From an uncultured Phycisphaerales bacterium (GTDB lineage: Bacteria; Planctomycetota; Phycisphaerae; Tepidisphaerales; Tepidisphaeraceae), in contig CAWJPJ010000007.1 of NCBI GenBank assembly GCA_963844715.1, positions 704,001-768,000 of the forward strand: a stretch of DNA of 64,000 nt, written 5' to 3'. The notes under the pieces are model-generated. The model made no database searches. It saw only the letters and a program-made list of their open reading frames with translations, and was not told where the DNA came from. Both the position numbers and the translations under genes were made by a program. The stretch's first letter is position 1, and each line of letters begins with the position of its first letter. Below are positions 31,763-42,376 of the stretch, in pieces.

Positions 31763-32938
31763 TTATCTCAGCTTGATCGTCGCCAGTGCCAGCATCGCCA
31801 GCATGGCTCCCACCAGCCAAAATCGAATCACCACTTGCGTCTCGTGCCACCCCTTCTGTTGGAAATGATGGTGCAATGGCGACATCAAAAAAATCCGTCG
31901 GCCCTGCCCGTATCTGCGCCGGGTGTATTTGAACCACCCGACCTGGAGAATCACCGACGCCGCCTCGGCGACGAAGATTCCCCCGCAGATCACCAGCAGC
32001 AATTCCTGCCGGATCACGATCGCGATATATCCCAAAAGTCCCCCCAGCGCCAGCGACCCGGTGTCTCCCATGATCACCGATGCCGGCTTGCAGTTGAACC
32101 ACAAAAAGCCCAGGCACGCTCCGACCATCGCCCCGGCGATCACCGCCATCTGCCCGCTTCCGGGGATCACTGGCATGTACAGATAACTCGCCAGCGGCTC
32201 ATTGCCCAAACGATATCCCTGAATCAGGGACAGAATCAGAAACGTGAAACTCACGATCGCCGCGCAGCCCGCCGCCAGGCCGTCTAATCCATCCGTCAAA
32301 TTCACCGCATTGCTGGTCCCCGTCAGGACGATCGTCTCCAAAAGGATGAACGCCCCGATCGACAGCGGAATCGCGAGATTCTTGAAGAGCGGGAAATACA
32401 GTGTGTGACTATGCACATCCCGGCTGTACTGATAAGTGAAAAACGACAGCAGCACCCCCAGCCCGATCTGAAAGAGGAATTTTTCCAATGAGGTCAGCCC
32501 CTGCCGGCTAGTGGCTGTCCCCGGCGGGGCCGACGCCGCCCTTCGATGGCTCGTGAGCTTGAGCCAGTCGTCCACCGCTCCCACGCCCCCCAGCCAGATC
32601 AGGCAGATCACCGCCATCCGCACATAGAAGCTGCCCAAATCCGCCAGCAGCAGGGTCGTCAGGGCGATCGCCAGGATGATTAAAATTCCCCCCATCGTCG
32701 GCGTCCCGACTTTGCTCCGCATCAGTTCATTCATCTGCTCCTGATCGAAATTCGCCAAATCCCCGATTTTCTGCCGCCGCAGCCAGCGGATGGTCCGCGG
32801 GCCAGGCAGCACCACCAGCGCGAAACCCAGAATCACCGCCGCCGTGGATTGAAACGTGACATCGTTGAAAACGCGCAGGAACCCGACATGGTGCGTCTCG
32901 AGCCAGAGGTGGTAGTAGCGCACCAGGAGAAATATCAT
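31763..32938 (-). CDS. mraY: Phospho-MurNAc-pentapeptide transferase
   Basis: TPTMGG, DDWLK, NAVNLTDGLDGL, MGDTGSL, PLHHHF. Confidence 0.97.
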   Translation of the reverse strand: MIFLLVRYYHLWLETHHVGFLRVFNDVTFQSTAAVILGFALVVLPGPRTIRWLRRQKIGDLANFDQEQMNELMRSKVGTPTMGGILIILAIALTTLLLADLGSFYVRMAVICLIWLGGVGAVDDWLKLTSHRRAASAPPGTATSRQGLTSLEKFLFQIGLGVLLSFFTYQYSRDVHSHTLYFPLFKNLAIPLSIGAFILLETIVLTGTSNAVNLTDGLDGLAAGCAAIVSFTFLILSLIQGYRLGNEPLASYLYMPVIPGSGQMAVIAGAMVGACLGFLWFNCKPASVIMGDTGSLALGGLLGYIAIVIRQELLLVICGGIFVAEAASVILQVGWFKYTRRRYGQGRRIFLMSPLHHHFQQKGWHETQVVIRFWLVGAMLAMLALATIKLR

Positions 32939-34335
32939 GACGATCGACTTCCCGCCGCTTTGTTCTCATCCTCAATGGCCCGGGCCACCGTTTCCAATCG
33001 CACCGCGCGCGACCCTTTAAGCAAAACCAGGTCGCCGCGGCGCAACCGCCGCGCCAGCGCGCATGCTGCCGCCGCGTCGGGAAAATACTCCACGCGATCT
33101 CCGTCCAGCCCGCTCCTGAGCGCTTCGGCGGCGATCGTCTCCCCCATCGGCCCTACGCAAATCAGCAAATCCGGCGGGAAATCGCGCGCGATGAACCGCC
33201 CGATTGCCTTATGCAGCGATTCCGACTCCGCCCCCAGTTCCTTCATTTCGCCCACCACCGCGACGCGCCGGCCCGCGGGCAGCGCCGCGAGCATTTCCAG
33301 CGCCGCCTTCACCGACGCCGGGTTCGCGTTATACGCATCGTTGAGCACGCGCACTTCCCCCCAGTGCTCCAGCCTCAGCCGCATTTCCGGCCCTCGCGCG
33401 CGGCGCAGATTCGCCAGTATCTTTGTATCGCTCAGCCCCATTTCCCGCCCGATGACGATCGCCGCCAAGGCATTGGCCGCCGAATGCTTCCCCAGCATCG
33501 GCACGAACACCGGCTCATCGATCTGATTCACGCGAAACCGCACCCCCGAGTCGTCAAACGAGATATCCGACGCCCGCAGATCGTTCGTTGCCGCAAATCC
33601 AAACGTCACGCGCCGTCCCTTGAATCGATCCACCGCCTTCACCAGATCCGGATCGTCACCATTCACGAGCAGCAATCCGCCGGGAATCACCGCGTCGATC
33701 AGGCTCGCATTTTCGGTGCGCACACCTTCCAAATCCACAAGCCCTTCGAGATGCTCGGCCGAGCAATTCGTGATCACCGCGATGTCCGGCAGCGCCATCC
33801 GCGCCAGATTGCGAACCTCTCCCGGACGATTCGTGCCGATTTCCAGAACCAGGTAATCCTGAGTCGGATCGGCCGGAAAAATCGACAGCGGGACCCCGAT
33901 GTCGTTGTTAAAGCTCTTGGGCGAGATCGTTCCGCGGAGCGGATCGCACAGCGCCGCGTCGATCAGGTGTTTCGTGCTGGTCTTCCCGTTGCTTCCCGCC
34001 ACGGCGATGATTTTGCTGCGCAGTTGCTGCCGGGCGTAGCGGGCGAGTTTGCCCATCGCCGCCCGCGCATCGGAAACCTGAATCAGATGCATTCCCCGCG
34101 GCGGCGCCTGCGGAATCCGATCGACCAGCGCGGCGACCGCGCCGCCCGCCGCCGCCTGCGATATAAATTCATGCCCGTCGAATCGGTCTCCGCTGATCGC
34201 CACAAACAGCGACACCGGCCGCATTTGGCGCGTGTCGGTGCACACCGACGAAATAAAAACGCCCGCCTCGCGCGCGGACCCGCCGTCCTGTGCGCCCACC
34301 AACTGCCGAAGTCTTTTCAATGATATGGGTCTCAT
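32935..34335 (-). CDS. murF: UDP-MurNAc-tripeptide--D-Ala-D-Ala ligase
   Basis: DTR, FDGH, GSNGKTSTK, SFNNDIGVP, NDAYNANP, LKGSR. Confidence 0.95.
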   Translation of the reverse strand: MRPISLKRLRQLVGAQDGGSAREAGVFISSVCTDTRQMRPVSLFVAISGDRFDGHEFISQAAAGGAVAALVDRIPQAPPRGMHLIQVSDARAAMGKLARYARQQLRSKIIAVAGSNGKTSTKHLIDAALCDPLRGTISPKSFNNDIGVPLSIFPADPTQDYLVLEIGTNRPGEVRNLARMALPDIAVITNCSAEHLEGLVDLEGVRTENASLIDAVIPGGLLLVNGDDPDLVKAVDRFKGRRVTFGFAATNDLRASDISFDDSGVRFRVNQIDEPVFVPMLGKHSAANALAAIVIGREMGLSDTKILANLRRARGPEMRLRLEHWGEVRVLNDAYNANPASVKAALEMLAALPAGRRVAVVGEMKELGAESESLHKAIGRFIARDFPPDLLICVGPMGETIAAEALRSGLDGDRVEYFPDAAAACALARRLRRGDLVLLKGSRAVRLETVARAIEDENKAAGSRSS

Positions 34336-35798
34336 GCCGTCCCCTTTTCCAGAATTCGTCTGGCTTCTTCCACGTCGTCAAAGTGATGCTTTGTCGTTCC
34401 AACAATTTGGTAATTTTCGTGCCCCTTCCCCGCCAACAACACGACATCTCCGCTTTGGGCATCGGACAAAATCTTCTCGATGGCCTTGCGACGATCGACT
34501 TCCACGTACAGCGGCTTGTGCTTGTCCGATGGAAACCCGGCGATGATCTCCTTGAGAATCGCCGACGGATTTTCCGTCCGCGGATTGTCGCTTGTGATGT
34601 ATACCACATCCGCCAAATCCGCCGCCGCCCGCGCCATCCGCGGCCGCTTGGTCCGGTCGCGATCTCCTCCGCATCCAAATAGCAGCCGCAATCTCCCGCG
34701 AGTCAGCGGCCGCAGCGCCTCCAAAACGTTCTCCAACGCGTCATCGGTATGCGCATAATCCACCAGCACGGCGAATCCCTGGCCCGCCGAAACCTGCTGC
34801 AATCGCCCCGGGGCTCCCTCGGCGTCTCTCAAACCCTCGGCAATCTGCTCCAGCGAAACACCCATCGCTTCCCCCGCCAGCGCCGCCGCCGTCAGCGCGT
34901 TGGCGACATTGTGTTGCCCGATCAATTTCATCTCGACGCGTTTTGTTCCGCCCGGCGCATTCAAGAGAAACCGCGTTCCGTGGCTGCTGAGTTCAATCTC
35001 GTCGGCAAACCAATCCGCCGGCTCCGATAATCCGAACCGCACCACCCGCCCCCGGCAATCTCGCGTCATCCGCGCCGACCATTCGTCCTTCGCATTCACC
35101 ACGGCGACTGCCGATTCATCCAGCATCTCGAACAGCCGTGCTTTTGCCGCGGCGTATTCGTCCATCGTCCCGTGATAATCCAGATGGTCCCCGGTGAGAT
35201 TCGTAAACGCTCCGGCCGCGAATTTCACGTCCGCCACGCGCCCCTGGTGCAGGGCATGGCTCGACGTCTCCATGACGCACGCGGAGCATCCATGGTCGCG
35301 CATGGCCGCCAAAAGCGCCGCGATCTGAATCGCCCCCGGCGTCGTCAGCCCGGACTCAGCTACTTTCTGCCCGTCGTCGATTTCCACCGTTCCCATCAGC
35401 CCGCATTTTTGTCCGCCGATTTTCAGAAGATGCCGAACCAGATATGCCGTCGTCGTTTTCCCGTTGGTCCCGGTGATCCCGATCACGCGCAGCTTCTCCG
35501 AAGGGTTTCCGTGAAAGATATGAGCCAATCGCGAACCGGCCCGCCCGGCGTCGACGACGTGGATTTGCGCCAGCGGGCAATTTTCCATCGGCTGATCCGT
35601 CGCCACCGCCACCGCGCCGCGCCGGCACGCCTGGTTCACGAATTTCGTTCCATCCGTCGACGGACCCGATCGCGCAATGAACAAATCCCCCGGCTGAACC
35701 AGCCGGGAGTCGTCACAAATCCCATCGATCGGAAAATTCGACAGACCCGCTAACGAAATGCCCGGATCAAACTCACGAAGGAGTTCGTGCAGGAGCAT
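34332..35798 (-). CDS. murE: UDP-MurNAc-L-Ala-D-Glu--meso-DAP ligase
   Basis: GITGTNGKTT, ETSSH, DHLDYH, DYAHT, DNPR (DAP-type), AGKGHE. Confidence 0.96.
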   Translation of the reverse strand: MLLHELLREFDPGISLAGLSNFPIDGICDDSRLVQPGDLFIARSGPSTDGTKFVNQACRRGAVAVATDQPMENCPLAQIHVVDAGRAGSRLAHIFHGNPSEKLRVIGITGTNGKTTTAYLVRHLLKIGGQKCGLMGTVEIDDGQKVAESGLTTPGAIQIAALLAAMRDHGCSACVMETSSHALHQGRVADVKFAAGAFTNLTGDHLDYHGTMDEYAAAKARLFEMLDESAVAVVNAKDEWSARMTRDCRGRVVRFGLSEPADWFADEIELSSHGTRFLLNAPGGTKRVEMKLIGQHNVANALTAAALAGEAMGVSLEQIAEGLRDAEGAPGRLQQVSAGQGFAVLVDYAHTDDALENVLEALRPLTRGRLRLLFGCGGDRDRTKRPRMARAAADLADVVYITSDNPRTENPSAILKEIIAGFPSDKHKPLYVEVDRRKAIEKILSDAQSGDVVLLAGKGHENYQIVGTTKHHFDDVEEARRILEKGTA

Positions 35799-35865
35799 GG
35801 GACATCCCTTTCCCGCATTCTGAGCTGCATCCTACAGCGCCAGGCGGGCCTAGCCCGCGAGGTCC

Positions 35866-35893
35866 ATTTTACCCGTAAAGTGCCCCCATGCAA
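35866..35893 (-). promoter_or_regulatory. Sigma-70-like promoter upstream of murE (TTGCAT-N16-TAAAAT)
   Basis: Near-consensus hexamers on the minus strand in the intergenic region. Confidence 0.4.
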
Positions 35894-35945
35894 TGAATGA
35901 GACCGCGGGCGCGGACCAATTTTGCGTTTTCCCTACAACGTCCTG

Positions 35946-37360
35946 CTAACCCAGATAGACGCTTTCGCCCCTTTTAATCTGCTTGATTGGCAATGGTCGC
36001 GCCTTCAAATCCTCCGCCGTCAGCGCAAACATCGGAGAGATCTCGATCAGCGTGTCCTGCTCCGATAAATCGTTCGCCACCTCGACCCCTGCTCCGCGCA
36101 GCCAGCGCGCCGCCCGCTTCACCTGGTCCCATCGACAAGTCTGCGGCGAGTTATTCCCCTCCGCATTCTTCACCGGCGAGAATTCCTCTTCGCGCGGTCG
36201 TCGCGTACAAAATCGCGTTCTTCGCCAGCGGAATCGCGTCGAACACAAATTGCTCCAGCTTTACCGCGTTGGGTTTTTCCGGCTTGATGACCTCGCCTTG
36301 CGCGTCCACGAACGGCACTTTCTTTTCCGCCCGATGCCACGGCAGATTCAACCGTCCGCCCGCATTAAGCTGCTCGATGAAATTCACCCGCAGGGCGTGG
36401 ATCGCGATCGATGCCGCATTCAAATAGGGCGTCCCATCGCTTCGCATCCGCTGCGCCAGTTCCTCGGGCAGATCGCTGTACTCGATCACCTGCAATACGC
36501 CGTCCCCCGTCACGAAATTTCCCACCTTTTCGTGGGCATTCGCTTTGGCGATCGTCTTGCTCGACATCTCGCTGCCCGTCAGGTCATGCAATCCCAAAAA
36601 TAGCGGATCGATGCAATGTACCAGTGGATTATCGACCTGGAAATAGGAAAGATGCTCGACTCCCCGCCGCCGCATGTCTTCCAAGGCTCCCGATCGTTTC
36701 AGAGCGCTCAAACTTCCGCCGTGCCCGTCCGGCGAAAGCGCCAGCGAATCCTTCTCCGCCAGCAGCAGTCGCCCGTCCAGCGAAAACGCCGGCATCATCC
36801 CCTGCTGAAAAAAGAAAACCGCCTGCTCGTCGTATCCGAAGAATTGATGCTTCTGGAAAAAAGCCTGCGTCGGGATGTCATTGATGTCGCTGGTCATGAT
36901 GTACCAGGGAATCACGCTGCCCGCATCGCAGGCTGTGGGCCCGAAGCTGCTCGGCAAAAACCTGGAAAAGCGATTTGTTCTTCACCGGCGTGATCGGATA
37001 TTCCCCCTTCGGCCCGTCATATCCGAGCCGCGTCCCTTGTCCCCCGGCGACCAGAAATGCCGCGATCTTCCCCTCCGCAAGCAGCTCGCGCCCGCGCTTC
37101 CGCGCTTGCTCATAGAACTCCCGCTGCGCCGCGTCCGGCACGCGTGGATACGCCTTGCCCGGCTGGATATCCTTCGGCAGCACGATCGCCGGCTTGTGCT
37201 TCACATATTTCTTCGACAGCTCCGCGATGTTATCCAGGTCCAGCGCCTGCAACTGTCCGACCAGCCGCTTGCGCGCTCCGAGGTCCAGCGAGGAATGGAA
37301 CCGCAATACAGGTTCCTGACCGATCGAACTTAATTTTTTACGCAGTGGCGTGATGTCCAT
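35946..37360 (-). CDS. UDP-N-acetylglucosamine/UDP-glucose pyrophosphorylase, UDPGP type 1 (UAP1-like); two frameshifts
   Basis: VAGGQGTRLG..GPKG, WYIMTS, PDGHGG, QVDNPL, EKVG, IEYSD, KLEQFVFD, EFSPVKNA. Confidence 0.9.
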
Positions 37361-37461
37361 GCAAGTTTCTTCCGCTCAACCTGTAGAAATAGCGGAACGA
37401 AGCGGCGCTGGCAACTTCCGCACTCTTGACCGCCAGCGGCAAGTTGCGAACATGGCATCTC

Positions 37462-38475
37462 ATGTCCGGTCGACTCGCCTGGTTAGCGCTGGCGGCTATC
37501 TGTCTGGCGGCCGCTCCGTGGACTCCGCCCCCGGATGGCGTCCTAACCGAATCTCAACTTCAGTCCTACATCAGCGCCACCCGCGATTGGCAAATCCAAA
37601 ACTCCCAAATTGCCGATGCCCTCGCGGGCGCCACGACGGATGCGGAAAGATCGGCAGTTCTTGCCGGCCTGACCTCCAAGCGCCAGGCTTGCCTCGATCG
37701 CTGCCATTTATCCGAAGCCGAATACACATGGATCGCCCGCCGCGCCACCGACGCCTGGACTGTCGCCGCGGACAACGTCGTCCCCTACGACACGCAGATC
37801 GCCGATCGAGACGCCCAATGCAATATTCAGATAAAACTCGCGCAGGCTCGCAAGGCGACCTACGAAGAGGCCCTGAAGGATTGCCGCCGCGTTCTTTCCC
37901 CCGAAGACCGCGCTGCGGCGATCAGAACCGCGCAATCCGACGAAAAATCATACCTTGAAGAATCCAGGCAGCGCGACGAAGAAGCCCTGATTGCCGCGAG
38001 GGAAGCCGTTCGCGACGACGCCCACGCCAAGGCTGCCGACGCCCAGGCGAACGGTCCGCCCCCGGACATATCCGCTGAATATCGATCCGATTTTATGAAG
38101 CAAATGCGGCTTGCAGCGCAGGTGAACCGCGACGCGGCCGCTGCGGCCCGCGCTCGCACGATCGTCGTCGGGGAAGGGCGCGACACCGCGATCGCCAAGG
38201 CTGCGCTGGCCGCCCAAATCGCTTTTGATCCCACGGTTCCCCTGACCGACGAGGACAAAGCCGCCGTCTGTTCCGACGATAGGTCCGCCATTGCTGAGGC
38301 GCAATGCGAAATCGAGGAGTGCACCCAGGACCTCCGCCGCGACGCCGAAGTCAGATCAGAAATGCGGCAAGCCGCCCAAAAACTTCAGGATTCCATCCCG
38401 CCCCAGAATATCGAACTGATGCAAATGCACTACAAGGAATTCGTCGACCTTTTCAGTCCCTCTGTGCAGCCGTAA
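37462..38475 (+). CDS. Hypothetical secreted coiled-coil protein
   Basis: Signal peptide, Ala/Glu/Arg-rich helical body. Confidence 0.65.
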   Translation: MSGRLAWLALAAICLAAAPWTPPPDGVLTESQLQSYISATRDWQIQNSQIADALAGATTDAERSAVLAGLTSKRQACLDRCHLSEAEYTWIARRATDAWTVAADNVVPYDTQIADRDAQCNIQIKLAQARKATYEEALKDCRRVLSPEDRAAAIRTAQSDEKSYLEESRQRDEEALIAAREAVRDDAHAKAADAQANGPPPDISAEYRSDFMKQMRLAAQVNRDAAAAARARTIVVGEGRDTAIAKAALAAQIAFDPTVPLTDEDKAAVCSDDRSAIAEAQCEIEECTQDLRRDAEVRSEMRQAAQKLQDSIPPQNIELMQMHYKEFVDLFSPSVQP

Positions 38476-38476
38476 C

Positions 38477-38936
38477 TCACCGGGTCTCAAACAGAAATTC
38501 CACTTCCACCGCAGCGTTCAAAGGCAAAGCGTTCGTCCCCACCGCGGCCCGCGCATGCCGCCCCCGATCTCCCAGCGCCTGCTGCAATAATTCGCTCGCG
38601 CCATTGGCGACTTTCGCCTGCTCCGAAAAATCCGCATCCGATTGAACGAAAACCCCAATGCGCACCACGCGCGAAAAGCCTTTCCCAATCTCCCAGCTCC
38701 GCCAGCACGATCGCCAGGGCATTGACGGCACACTGTCCCGCCGCCTTTTGCGCCAGCTCAATGGAAACGCTCGACGGCACCTTCCCCGTCGCCAGCAGTT
38801 TCCCATCCCGCATCGGCAGTTGCCCGCTGACAAACAGGAGATTCCCGGTCCTGACCGCCGGCACATAAGCCGCGATCGGCTTGGGAGCCGCAGGCAGCGT
38901 CCAACCCAATTCCGTGAGTTTCTGCGCAATATCCAT
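38477..38936 (-). CDS. RidA/YjgF family protein; frameshift near 38685
   Basis: [46 protein letters not shown]. Confidence 0.88.
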
Positions 38937-39327
38937 GCCGGGCATTATATTCTCCTCCGCCATGAAACACCGCTCCCGCTCTCCCGGCGCCTCGCGCAAA
39001 TATCACGATCGCGTCGCCAAAAAGTACGATGCGATTTACGACGACGATTACTGGCGTTTCCATGACCGCCTGACCTGGGACGCCATCAAACCCCATCTCC
39101 CGCGCGACGCCAATGCCCGCTGCTGCGACCTCGGCTGCGGCACCGGAAAGTGGGGCCTCAAAGTCCTGAAAAGCGGCTTCCCCACAACGTTTGTCGACAA
39201 CTCCGCGGCGATGATCGAGCAAACCCGGGCCAAGCTCGAAGCTTTCGGCCCCCGCGCGAAATCCGCCACGCTGCTCGTCGCCGACATCGTCGAACTCGCC
39301 GGTTTGGAACCCGACCAGTTCGATTTA

Positions 39328-40221
39328 GAGCCTCTAACAAAAATGCGAATGAAGCCTGTTCCAACAGATCATTGCCTCACCCACGGTCATGAACGCGGCG
39401 TGGATGTCGGGCCGTTTTTCGTAACGGACTCGCAGTCGGCGATTCTGATGCAACCAACTCAGCGTACGCTCCACCGGCCAGCGGGTTTTGCCAAGACCAC
39501 TTCCGTGCGGGCGGTTGCGTCGGGCCAGCAACGGGCGGCTGCCACGCTGACGCAACGCCTTTCGGTGCGGTTCGGAGTGATACGCCCGGTCTCCCTGCAC
39601 CACCTCGAACCGCCAGCGCGGCCGGCCCGGTTTGCCCGAGACCTTTGGAATCGCATCGATCAGCGGCAGCAGTTGCGTGATGTCGTGGCGGTTGGCCGCC
39701 GTCAGGAGGGCAACCATCGGCGTGCCGTTGCCATCGGTCAATACATGGTGCTTGGAACCGTTTTTCCTGCGATCTACCGGGCTCGGACCCGTTTTTTTCC
39801 CCCGTGCACGGCCCGCACGGAAGCAGAATCCACCAAGGCCCGCGACCAGTCGATGGCATTCGACCGCCGCAATCGATTCAGCAATAGTCCGTGCAGCTTC
39901 GTCCAAACCCCACGATGGTTCCAATCGCGCAGTCGACGCCAGCAACTCATGCCGCTGCCGCATCCCATCTCCTGGGGAAGGTATTCCCACGGAATGCCGG
40001 TTTTGAGCACGAACAGAATACCCGACAACGCCGCGCGATCGTCCAGCGGCGGCCGGCCGCGCTTTCCTGGACCACTGCGGTGCTTGGGAAGCAGGGGTCG
40101 GATCAACTCCCAAAGCTCGTCGGTCACCAACGGCTTGGTCATAAAGCCCTCCATGGCTAAGACCAAGCCGTATTGTCCGATCAACCATAAACATGGGGAA
40201 GTGCATTTTTGTTAGAGGCTC
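39328..40221 (-). mobile_element. IS5-family insertion sequence (894 bp)
   Basis: Perfect 19-bp TIRs GAGCCTCTAACAAAAATGC; TTA target duplication at 39325-39327 and 40222-40224. Confidence 0.95.
39334..40142 (-). CDS. IS5-family transposase, two ORFs joined by probable -1 frameshift at GGAAAAAAAC
   Basis: TDELW..IRPLLP, GIPW..LP, LVDSASV; KTGPSPVDR...GSKHH, GDRAY, RWPVERT. Confidence 0.92.
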
Positions 40222-40673
40222 TTAGTCTTGGCGATGGGCGATCCCCTCTCGATCTGTTCCGACCCGCAAAAAGCCGCCAGACAGATTCACAGAATCTGCC
40301 GCCCCGGCGCAACCATCATCGCCACAGCCGACAACCAACTGGCGGCAACAGATTATTACCTGCAAAAAGGCGACCTGGATGGCCTGGAAACCCTCCTCCG
40401 GACCGGCCGCACCCGCTGGCTTACCGCCGACATCGAAGAACAATTCGAATTGACGACTTTCGCGCCCGGCAGTTTGAGAAGTCTATTCGAGCGAGCCGGT
40501 TTCAACGTCCAACGCATCACCGGAAAGACAATCCTCCCCATCCGTCAGTACAAGGAGCTTCTGGCAGACCCGGCAGCGTTCGATCGATTATTGAGATTGG
40601 AAAGCGATCTAGAAAAGGAACCCGAAGCCGCCGCTCGCGCATCTCATCTGCAAATCACGGCGAAGAAAATATA

Positions 40674-40708
40674 GCCACTGGCCACTGACAACTCGCAACT
40701 GGCAACTA
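40674..40708. repeat. Tandem heptamer repeat (GCAACTG-type) between convergent genes
   Basis: GCCACTG GCCACTG ACAACTC GCAACTG GCAACTA. Confidence 0.75.
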
Positions 40709-40712
40709 TTCT

Positions 40713-41258
40713 TCACATCTTCGGCGCCACATCCCCATACCCCGGCGGCCGGGGCTTCCTCCCCACCTGCGTGCTGAACGTCTGCAAATACGCAATCCAC
40801 ATCATCGACAGCCCGTACGTGTACGCCCCCTGGATTACCTGATCCATGTAGTGCTGCGTCGGCGGAATGTGGTATTTCTCGACCGAGACGCCCTGATATG
40901 TGATTGCCCGAACCGGTTCCCCCTTGCCCAGCGGCGCAACCGTCAATTCCAGCCGCCGGTACAGCCCGATTTCCTTCTGCGTCGAGTCCTCGAATTTCCG
41001 TCCCACCTTGGCGTCCAGAATCTTCAAATCGGTCTCGGACATGTCAAACAGCGCCCCGGCTACGTATTTCCCCGGATCGTAAACGATGTCCGCGATACCG
41101 CCCCCAAAATATTCGCTGAAGATGGGGAAGCACAGCCGGTAATTATCCAGCACCGCCGGCCGTCCCGCTTTCATTGGGGGCGGACGATGTCCGTGGTGGC
41201 GGCTCCACTCCGCCACCGCCTGGGAGTTCAAGTTCGACCCATACGCGAAATACCACAT
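40713..41258 (-). CDS. Gamma-glutamylcyclotransferase family protein
   Basis: YFAYGSNL, YRLCF, GGIADIV, PPTQHY. Confidence 0.85.
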   Translation of the reverse strand: MWYFAYGSNLNSQAVAEWSRHHGHRPPPMKAGRPAVLDNYRLCFPIFSEYFGGGIADIVYDPGKYVAGALFDMSETDLKILDAKVGRKFEDSTQKEIGLYRRLELTVAPLGKGEPVRAITYQGVSVEKYHIPPTQHYMDQVIQGAYTYGLSMMWIAYLQTFSTQVGRKPRPPGYGDVAPKM

Positions 41259-41350
41259 GGTTTGCGCTCGTCATTCTTGCGAAATCAGGCGGGAAATCAA
41301 AAAACGGGCTGATCCGTCCGCTAAACCGCTCGTTTCCGGCGTGAATGCTA

Positions 41351-42376
41351 GAGCATTTCCCATTTTAAACTAGCGCCATCGATGCTGTTTTGCTAATCTC
41401 CGATTCAACAAGGAGGTTGCCATGGCATCGCAAACCGCTCTGACCCGTCGATGGATCATGTCGGCGTATCGTGCCGGCAAAGGCACGAAGGAGATTTCCG
41501 CGATCTTCGGCCGATGCGAGTCGGCCGTCCGCCGCGTGCGACAGGATGAACGTGAACGGGGGACGGCCGAACCGCTGCTTCATCTTCGTGGCCGCAAGGG
41601 GAAGTTGACCGGCGAGTTGAAGACTCGTTTGAGTCGGTTCGTGGCCGCCCGGCCGGATGCCACGCTCAACGAGATCAAAGAGAAGTTGGCGCTGGACGTG
41701 TCGCTGTCGACGGTCGACCGTTGGCTCAGGAAGCTGGGCCTCTCCTTTAAAAAAAGTCTCTCCACGCGTCCGAGCAGGATCGGCCCGACGTCGCCGCCGC
41801 GCGGACGCAGTGGCGTCGGCGGCTGAAGGACGTCGATCCCGAGCGTCTTGTTTTTGTGGATGAATCCGGGGCCAAGACGAACTTCACCCGATTGCGTGGC
41901 CGGTGCGGCCGCGGCGAACGGTTGTTGTGCAAGACCCCGGCCGGACACTGGAGCACGACCACCATGATCGCCGCGGTTCGGCTCGACGGCGCGACCGCCG
42001 GCGCGATTGTTCAAGGGGCGATGGACAGCGATGTTTTTGTCGCCTGGGTGCGTGAAGCGCTCGTGCCCAGCCTGCGAAGCGGGGACATCGTGGTGATGGA
42101 CAATTTGCAGCCGCACAAACATTCAGAAGTGCGACGCCTGATCGAAGCCGCCGGCTGCGAACTGTGGTTGCTGCCACCCTACTCGCCGGATTTGAATCCG
42201 ATCGAGATGATGTGGAGCAAAGCGAAGCAACTGATCCGCTCGGCGGAGCCCAGAACGTTCGACACCTTGGTCCGGGCTGTGTTCGCGGCAATGGACGCCG
42301 TTACGACCGAAGATGCCGCGGGATTTTTCCGCCATTGCGGTTACCGCCAGCCGCTAGTTTAATTTGGGAAATGCTC
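41351..42376 (+). mobile_element. IS630-family insertion sequence
   Basis: TIRs GAGCATTTCCCA(TT/AA)TTAAACTAGCG; TA duplication at 41349-41350 and 42377-42378. Confidence 0.95.
41422..42362 (+). CDS. IS630 transposase, probable -1 frameshift at AAAAAAG near 41750
   Basis: HTH, PDATL.E, LGLSFKK / KSLHASEQDRPDV, FVDESG, VVMDNL, LPPYSPDLNPIE. Confidence 0.93.

Larger units (their letters stand above)
38962..40674 (+). pseudogene. Class I SAM methyltransferase interrupted by an IS5-family element
   Basis: CCDLGCGTGKWG; removing 39328-40224 restores ...QFDLVLAMGDPLS... Confidence 0.9.

Noticed and set aside
38881..40215. 444 aa ORF as a novel methyltransferase fusion
   Set aside because: Chimera of the methyltransferase 5' half and the antisense strand of the IS5 element.
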